Shown here: positions 38,829-49,068 of the stretch, piece after piece
Layout of the letters: each line of letters opens with the position of its first letter
How positions within the stretch are numbered: position 1 is the first letter of the stretch
DNA from: Roseibacillus sp.
GTDB taxonomy: Bacteria; Verrucomicrobiota; Verrucomicrobiia; Verrucomicrobiales; Akkermansiaceae
DNA: 64,000 nucleotides
Direction of reading: 5' to 3'
NCBI GenBank assembly: GCA_051251855.1
Contig: JBPOGI010000003.1
Span: 32,001 to 96,000 of the forward strand
Notes under the pieces: model-generated
The model's database searches: none
The model's input: the letters and a program-made list of their open reading frames with translations, nothing else
Told to the model about the DNA's origin: nothing
Translations under genes and position numbers: made by a program

Positions 38829-39452
38829 ATGATTACTCTAATGAGTGAGATGATGAATCAGCCGCCTCCGTCTGGTGGAGTGCCCGTTTTGGAGCCAAAG
38901 TCGATTAAGGTCTTCGGTATTTTACATATTGTCTTTGGATGTATTGGTGCTTTGCAGCTCCTGATGGGAGTGGCGAATTTGCTGTTTGGGGATGCTTTTC
39001 TGAAGCTCCAGTCGGGGGGGGATGAGCAGGTTCTTGAGATGCAAAGAGGGATGGCGGAAGAAATGAAGGTAGCAACTTTGGTGGCGCTAGTGCTGATGGC
39101 GGTGGTGACTTTCTTTATCCTGCGCGCAGGGGTGAAGCTTTTGAAGAGTAAGAAGGATGCGGTGAAGGCTTCATCGGTTTATTCCTTTGCTTCCATTGGG
39201 GCGAAGGTGGTGAGTCTCATTCTGGCGGTTACTTATACAATACCCGCTTTGAATCGGTATTTTGATAATCTGACTGAACAGATGGGTGGGGCCGGCAGCT
39301 CTCAACTGGAGGCGATGATGCAGATGATGAAGATGACGACTTCGGTCACGGGGGTGATTTCTCCGATCTTAATGTGTATCTATCCGCTCCTGAGTTTGTT
39401 CCTTTTGAAGAAAAAGAACGTGGGTGAGTATTTGGAACAGTTTGGAAAATAA
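38829..39452 (+). CDS. Hypothetical 4-TM membrane protein
   Basis: 207-aa ORF with four hydrophobic segments (IKVFGILHIVFG...YPLLSLFLL). Confidence 0.7.
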   Translation: MITLMSEMMNQPPPSGGVPVLEPKSIKVFGILHIVFGCIGALQLLMGVANLLFGDAFLKLQSGGDEQVLEMQRGMAEEMKVATLVALVLMAVVTFFILRAGVKLLKSKKDAVKASSVYSFASIGAKVVSLILAVTYTIPALNRYFDNLTEQMGGAGSSQLEAMMQMMKMTTSVTGVISPILMCIYPLLSLFLLKKKNVGEYLEQFGK

Positions 39453-39522
39453 GTGGGTTCGAATCGATTTTCGTCTTGAAAACGATAGACAGGGGAGTAT
39501 GAAGCCTCTCCGCTATAAAGCT

Positions 39523-39600
39523 GGTGGCCGTAGCTCAGTTGGTTAGAGTCCCTGATTGTGATTCAGGATGTCGCGGGTTCAAGTCCCGTCGGTCGCCCCA
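39523..39600 (+). tRNA. tRNA-His (GUG)
   Basis: G-1 plus acceptor stem GTGGCCG/CGGTCGC, D-arm GCTCAGTTGGTTAGAG, anticodon arm CCTGA-TTGTGAT-TCAGG, T-loop TTCAAGT, discriminator C and encoded CCA. Confidence 0.97.
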
Positions 39601-39615
39601 CCTTTCTTTCTTCTT

Positions 39616-40347
39616 GTGACTGTTGAATCAGCAAACGCAGTCCGGTCCTCGTTGACTCCCATCGAAGACCATCTTTCTTATCAATTTAAGGATAAGACTT
39701 TGCTCGCAGCCGCCTTGACTCATCCGAGTTTGATTGCAGAAAGCAAGTCGCATAACGTTGATAATCAGAGACTTGAGTATTTAGGCGATGCGGTTTTGCA
39801 GCTGGCCTTAACGGAGGTCTTGTATCTGCGCTTTCCAGATGAAGGGGAGGGTCCCTTGACAAAGTGGCGAGCTCGTTTGGTGTCTAAACCAGCGTTGGCT
39901 GCCTTTGGAGAGCAGCTAAATTTGGGAGCAGAGATGCTGATGGGTAAGGGCGAGGAGGCCAACGGCGGACGGTCGCGGTCTTCGAATCTGGCGGATTGTG
40001 TGGAGGCGGTATTGGGGGCGGTGTATTTGGATGGTGGTTTTAACGAAGCGCAGAAGGTGGTTTTGAAGATGGTGGGTAGTGCGTTGGATGAGGTGACTCA
40101 GAGTGATGAGACTGGGAATCCGAAGGGCGATCTGCAGGAGGCTTTGCAGGCTCTTTTTTCTGACAATCCGATCTACAGCATTCTTTCGGCGACTGGTCCG
40201 GACCATGACAAGAAGTTCGTGGCCTCGGTGACGTGGCGAGGAGATGTTCTTGGACAGGGGGAGGGGGCGAGTAAGAAGACGGCTGAAGCAGCTGCGGCGG
40301 CTGATGCGCTCGTGCAAGGGAAGTGGCGCGCTGGTGACGGAGTCTAG
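39616..40347 (+). CDS. rnc: Ribonuclease III
   Basis: ALTHPS, NQRLEYLGDAVL, ADCVEAVLGAVYLDGG and dsRBD NPKGDLQE...GPDHDKKF. Start is GTG 39616 or TTG 39652; the ORF-track start lies inside the tRNA. Confidence 0.94.
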   Translation: MTVESANAVRSSLTPIEDHLSYQFKDKTLLAAALTHPSLIAESKSHNVDNQRLEYLGDAVLQLALTEVLYLRFPDEGEGPLTKWRARLVSKPALAAFGEQLNLGAEMLMGKGEEANGGRSRSSNLADCVEAVLGAVYLDGGFNEAQKVVLKMVGSALDEVTQSDETGNPKGDLQEALQALFSDNPIYSILSATGPDHDKKFVASVTWRGDVLGQGEGASKKTAEAAAAADALVQGKWRAGDGV

Positions 40348-40348
40348 G

Positions 40349-40888
40349 ATGAGGGGTGATTGTCCATTCTTGCCTGTGGTTGACCGAGTGTGGCGGGCGA
40401 GGGATATGGCTCCGTTTCGAGAGCAAAGAGATAAGGAGTTCTATTGGGCAGCGTTGTGCTATGCGCAGTCTCTTTTGAGAGAGGGGAAGCCTGCCCAGGC
40501 TTTGCTTCAGATCAACAAGTCGTTTCTCGCGGATCTTACGGATGAGGCAATTTTGGAGAATTGGCCGCCAAGCTATCAGGCTGTGGTTTGGATCATTGAA
40601 GAGTATCGCGCTAGGGAGGAGAACTTCCTTGGGAATCCGGTGAGGCATTATCAGCATCTGGCGACGCGGATGAGTGGGCCTCGGGGTGGCATCAGAATGG
40701 TGCGGGCTTGGGCTTGCTTTCACTTGGCCGAGGTATTTGCGCCTGAGTTTCCCAGGGATCACGAGCAGATCGAAAAGGAGAAGGTGGTGATTCCTTCGTT
40801 TCAGGTGATCTTGGAGGCCATTGACCGTTTTGGCTGGAAAGAAGAGGGGAATGTTCTACGTGGAACGTTTAGTAGGTTGAGGGAGTGA
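40349..40888 (+). CDS. Hypothetical protein
   Basis: ATG 1 nt after the rnc stop. Protein-like motifs GKPAQALLQINK and FLGNPVRHYQHLATRMSG. Confidence 0.7.
   Translation: MRGDCPFLPVVDRVWRARDMAPFREQRDKEFYWAALCYAQSLLREGKPAQALLQINKSFLADLTDEAILENWPPSYQAVVWIIEEYRAREENFLGNPVRHYQHLATRMSGPRGGIRMVRAWACFHLAEVFAPEFPRDHEQIEKEKVVIPSFQVILEAIDRFGWKEEGNVLRGTFSRLRE
40852..40867. promoter_or_regulatory. parS site (degenerate)
   Basis: TGTTCTACGTGGAACG vs consensus TGTTCCACGTGGAACA. Confidence 0.7.
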
Positions 40889-41193
40889 AGTGAGTTTGCG
40901 GGATGTCGTATCGAAATTCAGAGAGGGCTTGGAACAGCCGCAGAGGGATATTGGTCGCTGAGGGTTGCAGAGAGACTTTGCATTTCTGGACAGAAAGAGG
41001 CCTTCAGTCGGGGATGCTCACATCCTTGTTTGAAGCAAGTTTGAGCGGTGTGGATATTGGAGACATTCGCTAAGCCTGAAGCTAGAAGTGAAGTCGCGTT
41101 GGAATATGTGTCCACTTTCTCTTCCAAATCTCTCTAATGCTCTGCGGTCGTCTCTCCTCAGAGTCTGAAGAGGATGTGGTCAAGGTTGAAAGC

Positions 41194-43071
41194 TTAAGAG
41201 AGGCTTTGGGAGAGTTCTTGCTTTTTAAGCCAGATGGAGAGGACCGCGACGTCGGCAGGGGTGATGCCGGCAATTCGCCCGGCTTGTCCGAGAGTGGTGG
41301 GACGGATGTCGGAGAAGCGTTGGCGAGCTTCCATCTTGAGTCCGGTGATGGAGTGATAGTCAAGGCCTGCAGGAAGAGGGGCGTTTTCCTGTTTTGCCAT
41401 CCGTTCGATCTGCTGGGCTTGGCGTTGGATGTGACCGGCGTATTTAAAATCGCTCTCGAGAATGGCCCAATGTTCCATGTGGAACTTCGATTGTATCTCT
41501 GGGGGAAGGCCTTGCCAGTGGTTCTCGTTTCGGCGGAACCATGTTTCGAGCTTTCCTCCATCGTAGGCGGTCTCGCGCACGTATTGTGCCCCTTCTTCGA
41601 GTGCTCGTTTCTTGGCCTCGAATCTCTGCCACCGGGATTCGGGGATGAGGCCGGCTTGGCGGGCGACTGGGGTGATCCGTTGGTCTGCGGTGTCTTGGCG
41701 TAGTAGGAGTCGGTGTTCGGCTCGGCTGGTAAAGAGGCGGTAGGGTTCTGTGCAGCCTTTAGTGACGAGGTCATCGATCATGACGCCAATGTAGGCTTGG
41801 TCTCGGCCGAGGATAAGGGGGGCTTTACCTTGGACCTTAAGAGCCGCATTGGCTCCGGCGATGAGGCCTTGGGCCGCCGCTTCCTCATAACCCGAGGTGC
41901 CGTTGATTTGTCCTGCAAAGTAGAGGCCCGAGACGGATTTAGTTTCGAGGGTAGGATAGAGCTGTGTGGGGGGGCAGTAGTCGTATTCGACGGCATAGCC
42001 TGGGCGGATGATCTCTGCCTTCTCTAGTCCCTCAATAGAGCGGATGAAGTCGAGCTGAACGGAGTAGGGGAGGGAAGTAGAGACGCCGTTGATGTAATAC
42101 TCTCGAGTGTGGCGGCCTTCGGGCTCCAAGAAGACTTGGTGTCGGTCTTTGTCGGCGAACTTGACGACCTTGTCTTCGATGGAGGGACAGTAGCGTGGGC
42201 CTACGCCCTCGATCATGCCGCCATACATTGCTGAGAGGTGAAGATTATCTCGGATGTGGTCGTGGGTTTGTGAGTTGGTCCAGGTGATCCAGCAAGGGAG
42301 CTGTTCCACATGGAACATGCCTTCTTCAGTGTAGTGATTGAGGCTAAAGAGATCGTCGGGGTCGCGGGTGAGCTCCTCGGGATGGTAGGAAAAGAGAGCT
42401 GGGGGCGTGTCCCCGTCTTGGCGCTCACATTTTGAAAAGTCGATGGAACGCCCGTTAAGTCGGCAGGGGGTGCCGGTCTTGAAACGCTCGACTTGGAAGC
42501 CAAGCTCTTTAAGAGAGTCGCTGACGGTAGAGACGGCGTCGCCGGTGCGCCCGCCCTTTTGAGTTTCTTTACCGACGTGCATCAGCCCGCGCATGAAGGT
42601 CCCTGCAGAGAGGATGACGGATTGGGTGTCGAGGCGCAGGCCCATGTTGGTTTCAAGAGCGACGATGGCGTCATTCTCGACAATGAGTTTGGTGACGTTC
42701 CCTTGATGGAGGTCGAGATTGGGTGTGGATTCGATGATGTTTTTGATGCGGAACTGGTAGGCCTTCTTGTCACATTGGGCGCGAGGGGCGCGTACGCTGG
42801 GTCCCTTTCCGCTGTTGAGCATCCTCCACTGGATAGCGGTCGCGTCTGTGTTTTGTGCCATGATGCCACCTAGGGCATCGATTTCGCGAACGACGTGACC
42901 CTTAGCTAGACCTCCAATGGCGGGGTTGCAGCTCATTTGGCCAATGGTGTCGAGGTTCTGAGTAAGGAGGGCAACGTCGCAGCCCATGCGGGCGGCAGCG
43001 AGTGCGGCTTCGACTCCGGCGTGACCGGCCCCGATGACGACGACGTGATAGGACTTAGGAAAGGTGAACAT
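41194..43071 (-). CDS. mnmG: tRNA uridine-5-carboxymethylaminomethyl modification enzyme MnmG (GidA)
   Basis: [37 protein letters not shown] and [17 protein letters not shown]. Confidence 0.97.
   Translation of the reverse strand: MFTFPKSYHVVVIGAGHAGVEAALAAARMGCDVALLTQNLDTIGQMSCNPAIGGLAKGHVVREIDALGGIMAQNTDATAIQWRMLNSGKGPSVRAPRAQCDKKAYQFRIKNIIESTPNLDLHQGNVTKLIVENDAIVALETNMGLRLDTQSVILSAGTFMRGLMHVGKETQKGGRTGDAVSTVSDSLKELGFQVERFKTGTPCRLNGRSIDFSKCERQDGDTPPALFSYHPEELTRDPDDLFSLNHYTEEGMFHVEQLPCWITWTNSQTHDHIRDNLHLSAMYGGMIEGVGPRYCPSIEDKVVKFADKDRHQVFLEPEGRHTREYYINGVSTSLPYSVQLDFIRSIEGLEKAEIIRPGYAVEYDYCPPTQLYPTLETKSVSGLYFAGQINGTSGYEEAAAQGLIAGANAALKVQGKAPLILGRDQAYIGVMIDDLVTKGCTEPYRLFTSRAEHRLLLRQDTADQRITPVARQAGLIPESRWQRFEAKKRALEEGAQYVRETAYDGGKLETWFRRNENHWQGLPPEIQSKFHMEHWAILESDFKYAGHIQRQAQQIERMAKQENAPLPAGLDYHSITGLKMEARQRFSDIRPTTLGQAGRIAGITPADVAVLSIWLKKQELSQSLS
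41471..41486. promoter_or_regulatory. parS site inside mnmG
   Basis: TGTTCCATGTGGAACT. Confidence 0.75.
42302..42317. promoter_or_regulatory. parS site inside mnmG
   Basis: TGTTCCACATGGAACA (encodes MFHVEQ). Confidence 0.85.
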
Positions 43072-43173
43072 GCGCGGCGGGAGTATAGACTGAGATGCTC
43101 GAGAGAGAAACGTTTGTGGAGTGAATTTTTTGATGAGAAAGAGTGCAGGGGATCAGGTGTTTTTCGAGGTTAG

Positions 43174-43189
43174 TGTTCCACGTGGAACG
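43174..43189. promoter_or_regulatory. parS site upstream of mnmG
   Basis: TGTTCCACGTGGAACG. Confidence 0.88.
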
Positions 43190-43351
43190 GGCTGTAGGGA
43201 TTCCGAGAAGTGAAGTGAGCCTGAGTATTCGTTTGGACTCCTCGTTCAGTAGCGACGACAAGACTCGCACTCGCAGGCCAGAGGGTTATGCCACGGTGAC
43301 CAGACTTCTTTTTGAATTGGAAATGGGTAGAAGTCTGTTATTGAAATCGCC

Positions 43352-43903
43352 ATGTCGATTGGACCTCGCCCTGTTCTATTTCTCGTTGCGATTTTGGCCC
43401 TCATTTCATTTCGCCAAATTGGGATGAATTATGAGCTTCATCACTTCCAGCCTTTCACGGCATTATTTTTTGCGTTGGCGGCTTTAAAGAGTGCGCGCTG
43501 GCTTTTAATTCCACTAGCGGGGTATGTGCTCTCGACTGTATGGACTGAGGGAAGCTTGTCTCTTTGGATTCTGTCGCCTCTTTTGGCCTATGGTTTGATT
43601 GCGGTTTGGGGGACGCGTTTCTCGAATCGAACCAGCGCGCCTACCTTACTGGGAGCGTCTCTAGGTGGTGCGGGAATCTTCTATCTTGTGACGAATTCAA
43701 TCAGCTGGCTGGCGAGTCCCGTTTATGCGAAAAGTTTCGGAGGTATGGCACAGGCTCTTTGGACGGGAACTCCTGGCTTTCCTCCCACTTGGATGTTTTT
43801 CAGAAACGATGCTGTAGCGACCTTACTCTTCACCGCAATCGTTGTTGTTCTGAATCGAATGACCTTTGGAAAAAGGACGGAAGAAGTCGCTGTGACTGCG
43901 TAG
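43352..43903 (+). CDS. DUF6580-like putative transport (S-component-like) membrane protein
   Basis: About 5-6 TM helices, FQPFTAL, FYLVTNSISWL..P.Y.KS..G and FFRND. Confidence 0.7.
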   Translation: MSIGPRPVLFLVAILALISFRQIGMNYELHHFQPFTALFFALAALKSARWLLIPLAGYVLSTVWTEGSLSLWILSPLLAYGLIAVWGTRFSNRTSAPTLLGASLGGAGIFYLVTNSISWLASPVYAKSFGGMAQALWTGTPGFPPTWMFFRNDAVATLLFTAIVVVLNRMTFGKRTEEVAVTA

Positions 43904-44079
43904 TAATCAACTGATTATTAAATGATTACGCGAGGTGTTATTCTCGGTTGGTCTTTTATAGCCTGGTAGAGATTGTGCTGCTTTTGAGCTCGATGGTTCC
44001 GATTGTTGGGTCATCTTTTTAACAGAACCAAACTCGGCTTGCGCGAATGGCGGGAAGCGGGTATTGCCTTGCTTGTCTC

Positions 44080-45165
44080 ATGATCTCATCACCTGAACCG
44101 AATGTCGACGGACTCGACTTCTCCGATTCGCCCATCAACAAGTCTCTCACCAATTCTGAGAAGATTGATTTCTATCGCACCATGATGCGAATTCGACGAT
44201 TTGAGATGGTTTCTCTCAAGAACTATAACGCCGGAAAAATGGGAGGGTTTCTCCATGTCTACAATGGTCAGGAAAGTGTTGCGACTTCCTGTGCTTCTCT
44301 GATGGGAGAGCACGATCACATGATCACTGCCTACCGTTGCCATGGCCATGCGCTTGCTGCAGGGATGAATATGAAAGAGTGTATGGCCGAGCTTTTTGGC
44401 AAGATTACTGGCTGCTCTCAGGGCAAAGGTGGCTCAATGCACTTCTTTGCTCCCGATAAAAATTATTGGGGCGGTCATGGAATTGTAGGGGGCCAGATTC
44501 CTCTTGGGATCGGATTGGCTTACGGAGTCAAATATAACGGGAATGTTGGCTGTTCGCTTTCTTTCCTCGGTGATGGAGCGGTTAACCAAGGGGCGGTGCA
44601 TGAGTCTCTCAACATTGCGGCCCTTTTTGAACTTCCTGCAGTAATCGTGATTGAGAACAACGGTTATTCAATGGGCACCTCGCAAAAACGTTCTTCTGCC
44701 TATCGTGACTGTCTTGCACAACGCGCAGAGGCTTACGATATGGCTTGGGACTTGATTAACGGCGAGGATGTTTATGAACTTCGAGCCAAACTTCATATTG
44801 CGATGGAGAGAGCACGTAAGGAGTCTTTGCCTACTGTTCTTGAGATTCAAACATATCGTCACTACGGCCATAGTATTGCAGATGCGAATGCTTCCAAATA
44901 CCGGAGTCCTGAAGAGATTAAGCGCTACAAGGATGAGCATGATCCCATCTCTGTCTGGGAGAAAAAGTTGATTGGAGAGGGAGTGTTTACCGCTGAGGAT
45001 GCCAAGCAGATTTCAAAGGAAGCGATGGCCGAAGCGACTGAAGCGGCTGAGTTTGCAGAACAATCCTCTCCACCTACTTTTGAGGATATTCAGAAGCACG
45101 TCTATTGGGAGACCGATAACGATACTGAAGCTTCCAAGATTGGCCGTCACTTTTTCAATGATTAA
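44080..45165 (+). CDS. pdhA: Pyruvate dehydrogenase E1 alpha
   Basis: GGFLHVYNGQE, YRCHGH, GKGGSMH, GDGAVNQG...ENN and YRHYGHS. ATG 44080 or 44047. Confidence 0.95.
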   Translation: MISSPEPNVDGLDFSDSPINKSLTNSEKIDFYRTMMRIRRFEMVSLKNYNAGKMGGFLHVYNGQESVATSCASLMGEHDHMITAYRCHGHALAAGMNMKECMAELFGKITGCSQGKGGSMHFFAPDKNYWGGHGIVGGQIPLGIGLAYGVKYNGNVGCSLSFLGDGAVNQGAVHESLNIAALFELPAVIVIENNGYSMGTSQKRSSAYRDCLAQRAEAYDMAWDLINGEDVYELRAKLHIAMERARKESLPTVLEIQTYRHYGHSIADANASKYRSPEEIKRYKDEHDPISVWEKKLIGEGVFTAEDAKQISKEAMAEATEAAEFAEQSSPPTFEDIQKHVYWETDNDTEASKIGRHFFND

Positions 45166-45220
45166 AGCGCCGACCCCGAGCAACAATTTTTACCTAACCT
45201 GATACTTTTTAAATAATCTC

Positions 45221-46204
45221 ATGCGCGAAATCGAATACCGTGACGCCCTTAACGAAGCCTTTGACGAAGAACTGGAACGCGATTCCAATGTCGTTCTGAT
45301 GGGCGAAGAAGTGGCGCAATATAACGGAGCCTACAAGGTGACCAAAGGTCTGTGGGAAAAGTGGGGCGACAAGCGAGTCGTCGATACTCCGATCTCCGAG
45401 GCCGGTTTCATTGGCATGGGTATTGGTGCTTCCATGTTGGGAGTGCGTCCTGTGATGGAACTGATGTTCTGGTCCTTTCATTCGGTGGCTTTCGACCAGT
45501 TGGTGAACAACGCTGCTTGTGTGCGCTACATGTCTGGAGGCTTGATCAACTGTCCCATCGTGATGCGTGGTCCTGCTAATGGCGGAACCAATGTGGGCGC
45601 GACTCACTCACATTGTCCGGAGGGGCTTTTTGCGGCATTTCCCGGATTGAAGGTGGTTGTTCCCGCGACCCCAGCGGATGCCAAGGGTTTGATGAAGTCG
45701 GCGATTCGTGACAATGACCCTGTTTATGTGATGGAGAATACTCTTCTTTACGGCAACAAGGGCCATGTGCCGGACCCTTCCGAAGGTGACTTTACGATCC
45801 CGCTTGGAAAAGCTGATATTAAGCGTGAGGGTTCCGATATTTCTTTGATCGCTCACGGACGCAGTGTTCTTCATGCTTTGGAAGCGGCGGAGACTTTGCA
45901 AAAGGAGCACAATATCAATGCTGAAGTTCTCGATCTTCGCAGCATTCGTCCGCTTGACCAAGATGCGATTATTAAGTCCGTAATGAAGACGAATCGCGCG
46001 GTTCTTGTTGACGAGTCGAAGCCCTTTAATGGTGTTTCTTCTCAGATAGCGACATTGATTCAAGAGCATGCTTTTGATTACTTGGATGCGCCTATCAAGC
46101 GAGTGTGCACGATTGACGCCCCTGCGATCTATTCCAAGCACATCGAGAACGAGCAACTCCCCAACCCCCGCCGCGTGGTGGAGAAGGTGTTAGAGATTGC
46201 GTAG
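45221..46204 (+). CDS. pdhB: Pyruvate dehydrogenase E1 beta
   Basis: GEEVAQYNGAYKVTKGL, DTPISEAGF and DLRSIRPLD. Confidence 0.95.
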   Translation: MREIEYRDALNEAFDEELERDSNVVLMGEEVAQYNGAYKVTKGLWEKWGDKRVVDTPISEAGFIGMGIGASMLGVRPVMELMFWSFHSVAFDQLVNNAACVRYMSGGLINCPIVMRGPANGGTNVGATHSHCPEGLFAAFPGLKVVVPATPADAKGLMKSAIRDNDPVYVMENTLLYGNKGHVPDPSEGDFTIPLGKADIKREGSDISLIAHGRSVLHALEAAETLQKEHNINAEVLDLRSIRPLDQDAIIKSVMKTNRAVLVDESKPFNGVSSQIATLIQEHAFDYLDAPIKRVCTIDAPAIYSKHIENEQLPNPRRVVEKVLEIA

Positions 46205-46270
46205 TTAGAGAGTTCTCAGCGCTCATTCATTTCCCCTAATTTCTTGCAGGCCATAGATGAGCCTGCTTGA

Positions 46271-48490
46271 ATGTTAGGTATGAAAATAGCGAAAGACGGT
46301 TTGCCCTCAATGATGGGTGCGGTCTTGGCGCTTTCGATGATTGCGCTGGCAATCGCTCCTCTTGAGATTGTTTGGGTAAGGTGGGTGGTCTGTGGGACGG
46401 GCCTGACCCTCATCATGCTTCTTGTCACGGGATGGGGGAGACCGCGGCGTCAGGAGTTGGAACTACTCAAACGCTTGCGAAGGGCGGAGTCGCAGCGGGA
46501 GGAAATTGAGCGATACTTTATAGCGCTCATGGACTCGGTGCCATCCAATATCTATTTTAAAGATTTGGAGTCCAAGTTTGTGCGCGTGAACCAATCTATG
46601 GCTTACGCCGTGAAAGTAGGGCACCCGCGAGATCTGGTTGGCAAGTCCGACCATGACATGTTTTGCGTAGAGCATGCTGAACAAGCGCGGAAGGATGAGC
46701 TCGAAGTCATTAGGACAGGCAAGGGCATGGAGGGATACATTGAGCGGGAAAATTTTCCCGATGGATCCGAGGGATGGGTTCTTAGCTCCAAGCTTCCTTT
46801 CCGAGACCAGTCGGGAAGAATTCTGGGCACTTTGGGGCTCTCGAGTGATGTTACTGAAATGGTAAAAACCTCGCGCGCGCTGGAGCGCGAGCGCAATACC
46901 CTTCGCTCCCTCATTGATAGCATTCCTGACAATATCTATATTCGTGGTGCGGAAGGGAAATACCTGGTGGGTAACCAAGCCTTGGCAACCTTTGTAGGAG
47001 AGGACGATCCGGAGCAAGTTTGTGGTAAGGGTCCACACGACTTCTTTGGTCCCGATAAAGCCCAGACCTTCTTGAAGGAAGATCGAAAGGTGATGGAGTC
47101 TGGTGTACCGGTCATTGATCGCCGCAGTCAGCTGAAGAATCGTGAGGGTGAGGTTCGAGATATGTTGATTTCGAAAGTTCCAGTCCGAGATGAAGAGGGG
47201 AATGTCTTTGGGATTGTGGGTATGAACAGGGACATCACCGCCGAGGTGCGTGCTCGTCGGGAATTGAAACAAGCCGAGAGGCAGATGCAGGAGATCATGG
47301 ACCACTCTCCAGCCCCGATTTACGTGAAGTCAATTACGGGGCGTTATTTGATGGTGAATGAGCGCTTTGAGCGTCTTTTTAACCTTAAGCAGGAAGATGT
47401 GTTGGGTAAGGATGACTTTGAGATCATGCCCAACGAAGAGTCCGCGCGAGCGGTCAGAGTACTCGACAAACGGGTGGCAGAGGAAGAATGCGTGCTGCAA
47501 ATGGATGAACAGATTCAAATGCCTGATGGCTTGCGGACCTACGTCTCTTCAAAGTTTCCGATGCGAGATGCCCGAGGAAAAATCTATGCTGTGGGTGGAA
47601 TTTCTATCGACATCACCGAGCGTAAGGAAGCCGAAGAAGGGATTCAAAAAATCAACAAAGAGTTGTTGGAGGCCAATGAGAACCTCACGAAAGCCCACGA
47701 GCAATTGATGATGGCCGAAAAGATGGAGTCCATCGGTAGACTTGCTGCTGGTGTGGCACACGAAGTGAAGAACCCCCTAGCTATGATTGGAATGGGACTC
47801 GAGCTTCTGTCGCGACGCTTGCCCGAAGAGGATCAAAAAGCCGCTGAGACCGTGGAGCGAATGAAGCGAGGGATCGATCGCGCCAAAACGATCGTAAAGG
47901 GCTTGGTTGACTTTTCATCCGACCGTTCCCTCGATATCCAACCGATGGATGTGCGCCAAGTGATTCGAGCGTCCCATGATTTGGTAGATTATGAACTTCA
48001 AAAGGCTCAGGTAGAAGTGAGCTACGTTTTCGGAGAGGACTTGCCGAAGGTTTTGGTCGACCAAGTGCGAATCGAGCAGGTCCTCGTGAACCTAATGATG
48101 AATGCTACCCATGCTATGAATGGAGCTGGGACACTCAGTATTCATACCGATCTGGTGTCCTTGCAGGGGATCGTGTTCGATGCGGGATCACGATTACGTG
48201 AACGCCCTAAAGACGGCGATCTTCGACTGAGGCTTTTGATCCGAGACACCGGCGCCGGAATTCCGGAAGAGCTGCTCGATAAGATCTTCGACCCCTTCTT
48301 CACGACCAAAGAGACAGGGAAAGGAACAGGTCTAGGTCTCGCGGTGTCTCATAAGATCGTCGAGCTTCATGGCGGTAAATTGAGCCTGCGCAATCGGGAA
48401 GATGGAAAGGGCGCCGAAGCCGAACTTCTCTTTCAAGTCGTTCCCGAGGATGAAAGTGCCTCCAAAACTCTCCCAAGTGACAAAAAATAG
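46271..48490 (+). CDS. Sensor histidine kinase with 2 TM helices and three PAS domains
   Basis: Three PAS/PAC units ending SDVTE, RDITAE and IDITERK. H-box [11 protein letters not shown]-box [11 protein letters not shown]-boxes DTGAGI and GTGLGL. Confidence 0.93.
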   Translation: MLGMKIAKDGLPSMMGAVLALSMIALAIAPLEIVWVRWVVCGTGLTLIMLLVTGWGRPRRQELELLKRLRRAESQREEIERYFIALMDSVPSNIYFKDLESKFVRVNQSMAYAVKVGHPRDLVGKSDHDMFCVEHAEQARKDELEVIRTGKGMEGYIERENFPDGSEGWVLSSKLPFRDQSGRILGTLGLSSDVTEMVKTSRALERERNTLRSLIDSIPDNIYIRGAEGKYLVGNQALATFVGEDDPEQVCGKGPHDFFGPDKAQTFLKEDRKVMESGVPVIDRRSQLKNREGEVRDMLISKVPVRDEEGNVFGIVGMNRDITAEVRARRELKQAERQMQEIMDHSPAPIYVKSITGRYLMVNERFERLFNLKQEDVLGKDDFEIMPNEESARAVRVLDKRVAEEECVLQMDEQIQMPDGLRTYVSSKFPMRDARGKIYAVGGISIDITERKEAEEGIQKINKELLEANENLTKAHEQLMMAEKMESIGRLAAGVAHEVKNPLAMIGMGLELLSRRLPEEDQKAAETVERMKRGIDRAKTIVKGLVDFSSDRSLDIQPMDVRQVIRASHDLVDYELQKAQVEVSYVFGEDLPKVLVDQVRIEQVLVNLMMNATHAMNGAGTLSIHTDLVSLQGIVFDAGSRLRERPKDGDLRLRLLIRDTGAGIPEELLDKIFDPFFTTKETGKGTGLGLAVSHKIVELHGGKLSLRNREDGKGAEAELLFQVVPEDESASKTLPSDKK

Positions 48491-48495
48491 AAATA

Positions 48496-48885
48496 ATGAA
48501 AAATTCCAAGACACCTCCCAAAAAAATTCTTCTTGTCGATGATGAGAACGACTTTACCGAATTGCTGGCCGCTAACCTTGAAGAGGCCGGCCATTTTGCG
48601 GTAACCCAAGTGAATGACCCCCGACAGGCAGTCAAGACCGCTCGTGAGTTGAAGCCGGACATTTGTATTATCGATCTCGTGATGCCGAAGATGGACGGTG
48701 GTGATGTCATCAATGCACTGAAAAATGACGGTGAGCTCGCTGAGATTCCGGTCTTGATGCTCACGGCCCTCGTCGAAGAAAATGCGGAAAGCCCCGGGGA
48801 GGCCCAGATTCGAGGCGGCTTGCCCTTTGTGAGTAAGACCTCCGATCTCAAAGTTATCATAAAGGCCATCAACGACAGGATTTAG
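48496..48885 (+). CDS. Single-domain response regulator
   Basis: ILLVDDE, DLVMPKMDG, MLTA and SK, directly after the kinase. Confidence 0.92.
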   Translation: MKNSKTPPKKILLVDDENDFTELLAANLEEAGHFAVTQVNDPRQAVKTARELKPDICIIDLVMPKMDGGDVINALKNDGELAEIPVLMLTALVEENAESPGEAQIRGGLPFVSKTSDLKVIIKAINDRI

Positions 48886-48902
48886 TCTTTCTCTGAGCTC
48901 AG

Positions 48903-49000
48903 TTATCGCTGTGGGTTTATCGCTGTGGGTTTATCGCTGTGGGTTTATCGCTGTGGGTTTATCGCTGTGGGTTTATCGCTGTGGGTTTATCGCTGTGGGT
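48903..49000. repeat. Perfect tandem repeat, 7 x 14 bp (TTATCGCTGTGGGT)
   Basis: Exact copies start at 48903, 48917, 48931, 48945, 48959, 48973 and 48987, with no spacers. Confidence 0.97.
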
Positions 49001-49068
49001 AATTGGGCGATATTGATCGCGAGCGAGGGAGACCTTGCTTGTCGGTCTGAGCTCACTAAAGTGCTGCG

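Noticed and set aside
39523..39600. tRNA-anchored genomic island
   Set aside because: No integrase and no duplicated tRNA 3' end seen; the flanks are housekeeping genes.
39568..39615. N-terminal extension of rnc in the ORF track
   Set aside because: It overlaps the T-arm and acceptor stem of tRNA-His.
40889..41193. oriC or small gene next to the mnmG 3' end
   Set aside because: Only one DnaA-box-like 9-mer (TGTGGATAT), no AT-rich element, no visible skew change, and ORF 40918-41127 is not protein-like.
43072..43351. Cobalamin riboswitch upstream of the DUF6580-like gene
   Set aside because: The core elements (GGGAA...CCCCCGCAACTGT, B12 box) could not be found in order.
43903..43928. AT-rich inverted repeat GTAATCA...TGATTAC as a dif or att site
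   Set aside because: It does not match the XerC/XerD 11-6-11 layout, there is no recombinase nearby, and the region appears origin-proximal.
48903..49000. CRISPR array
   Set aside because: Units are 14 bp, contiguous and have no spacers; no cas genes are present.
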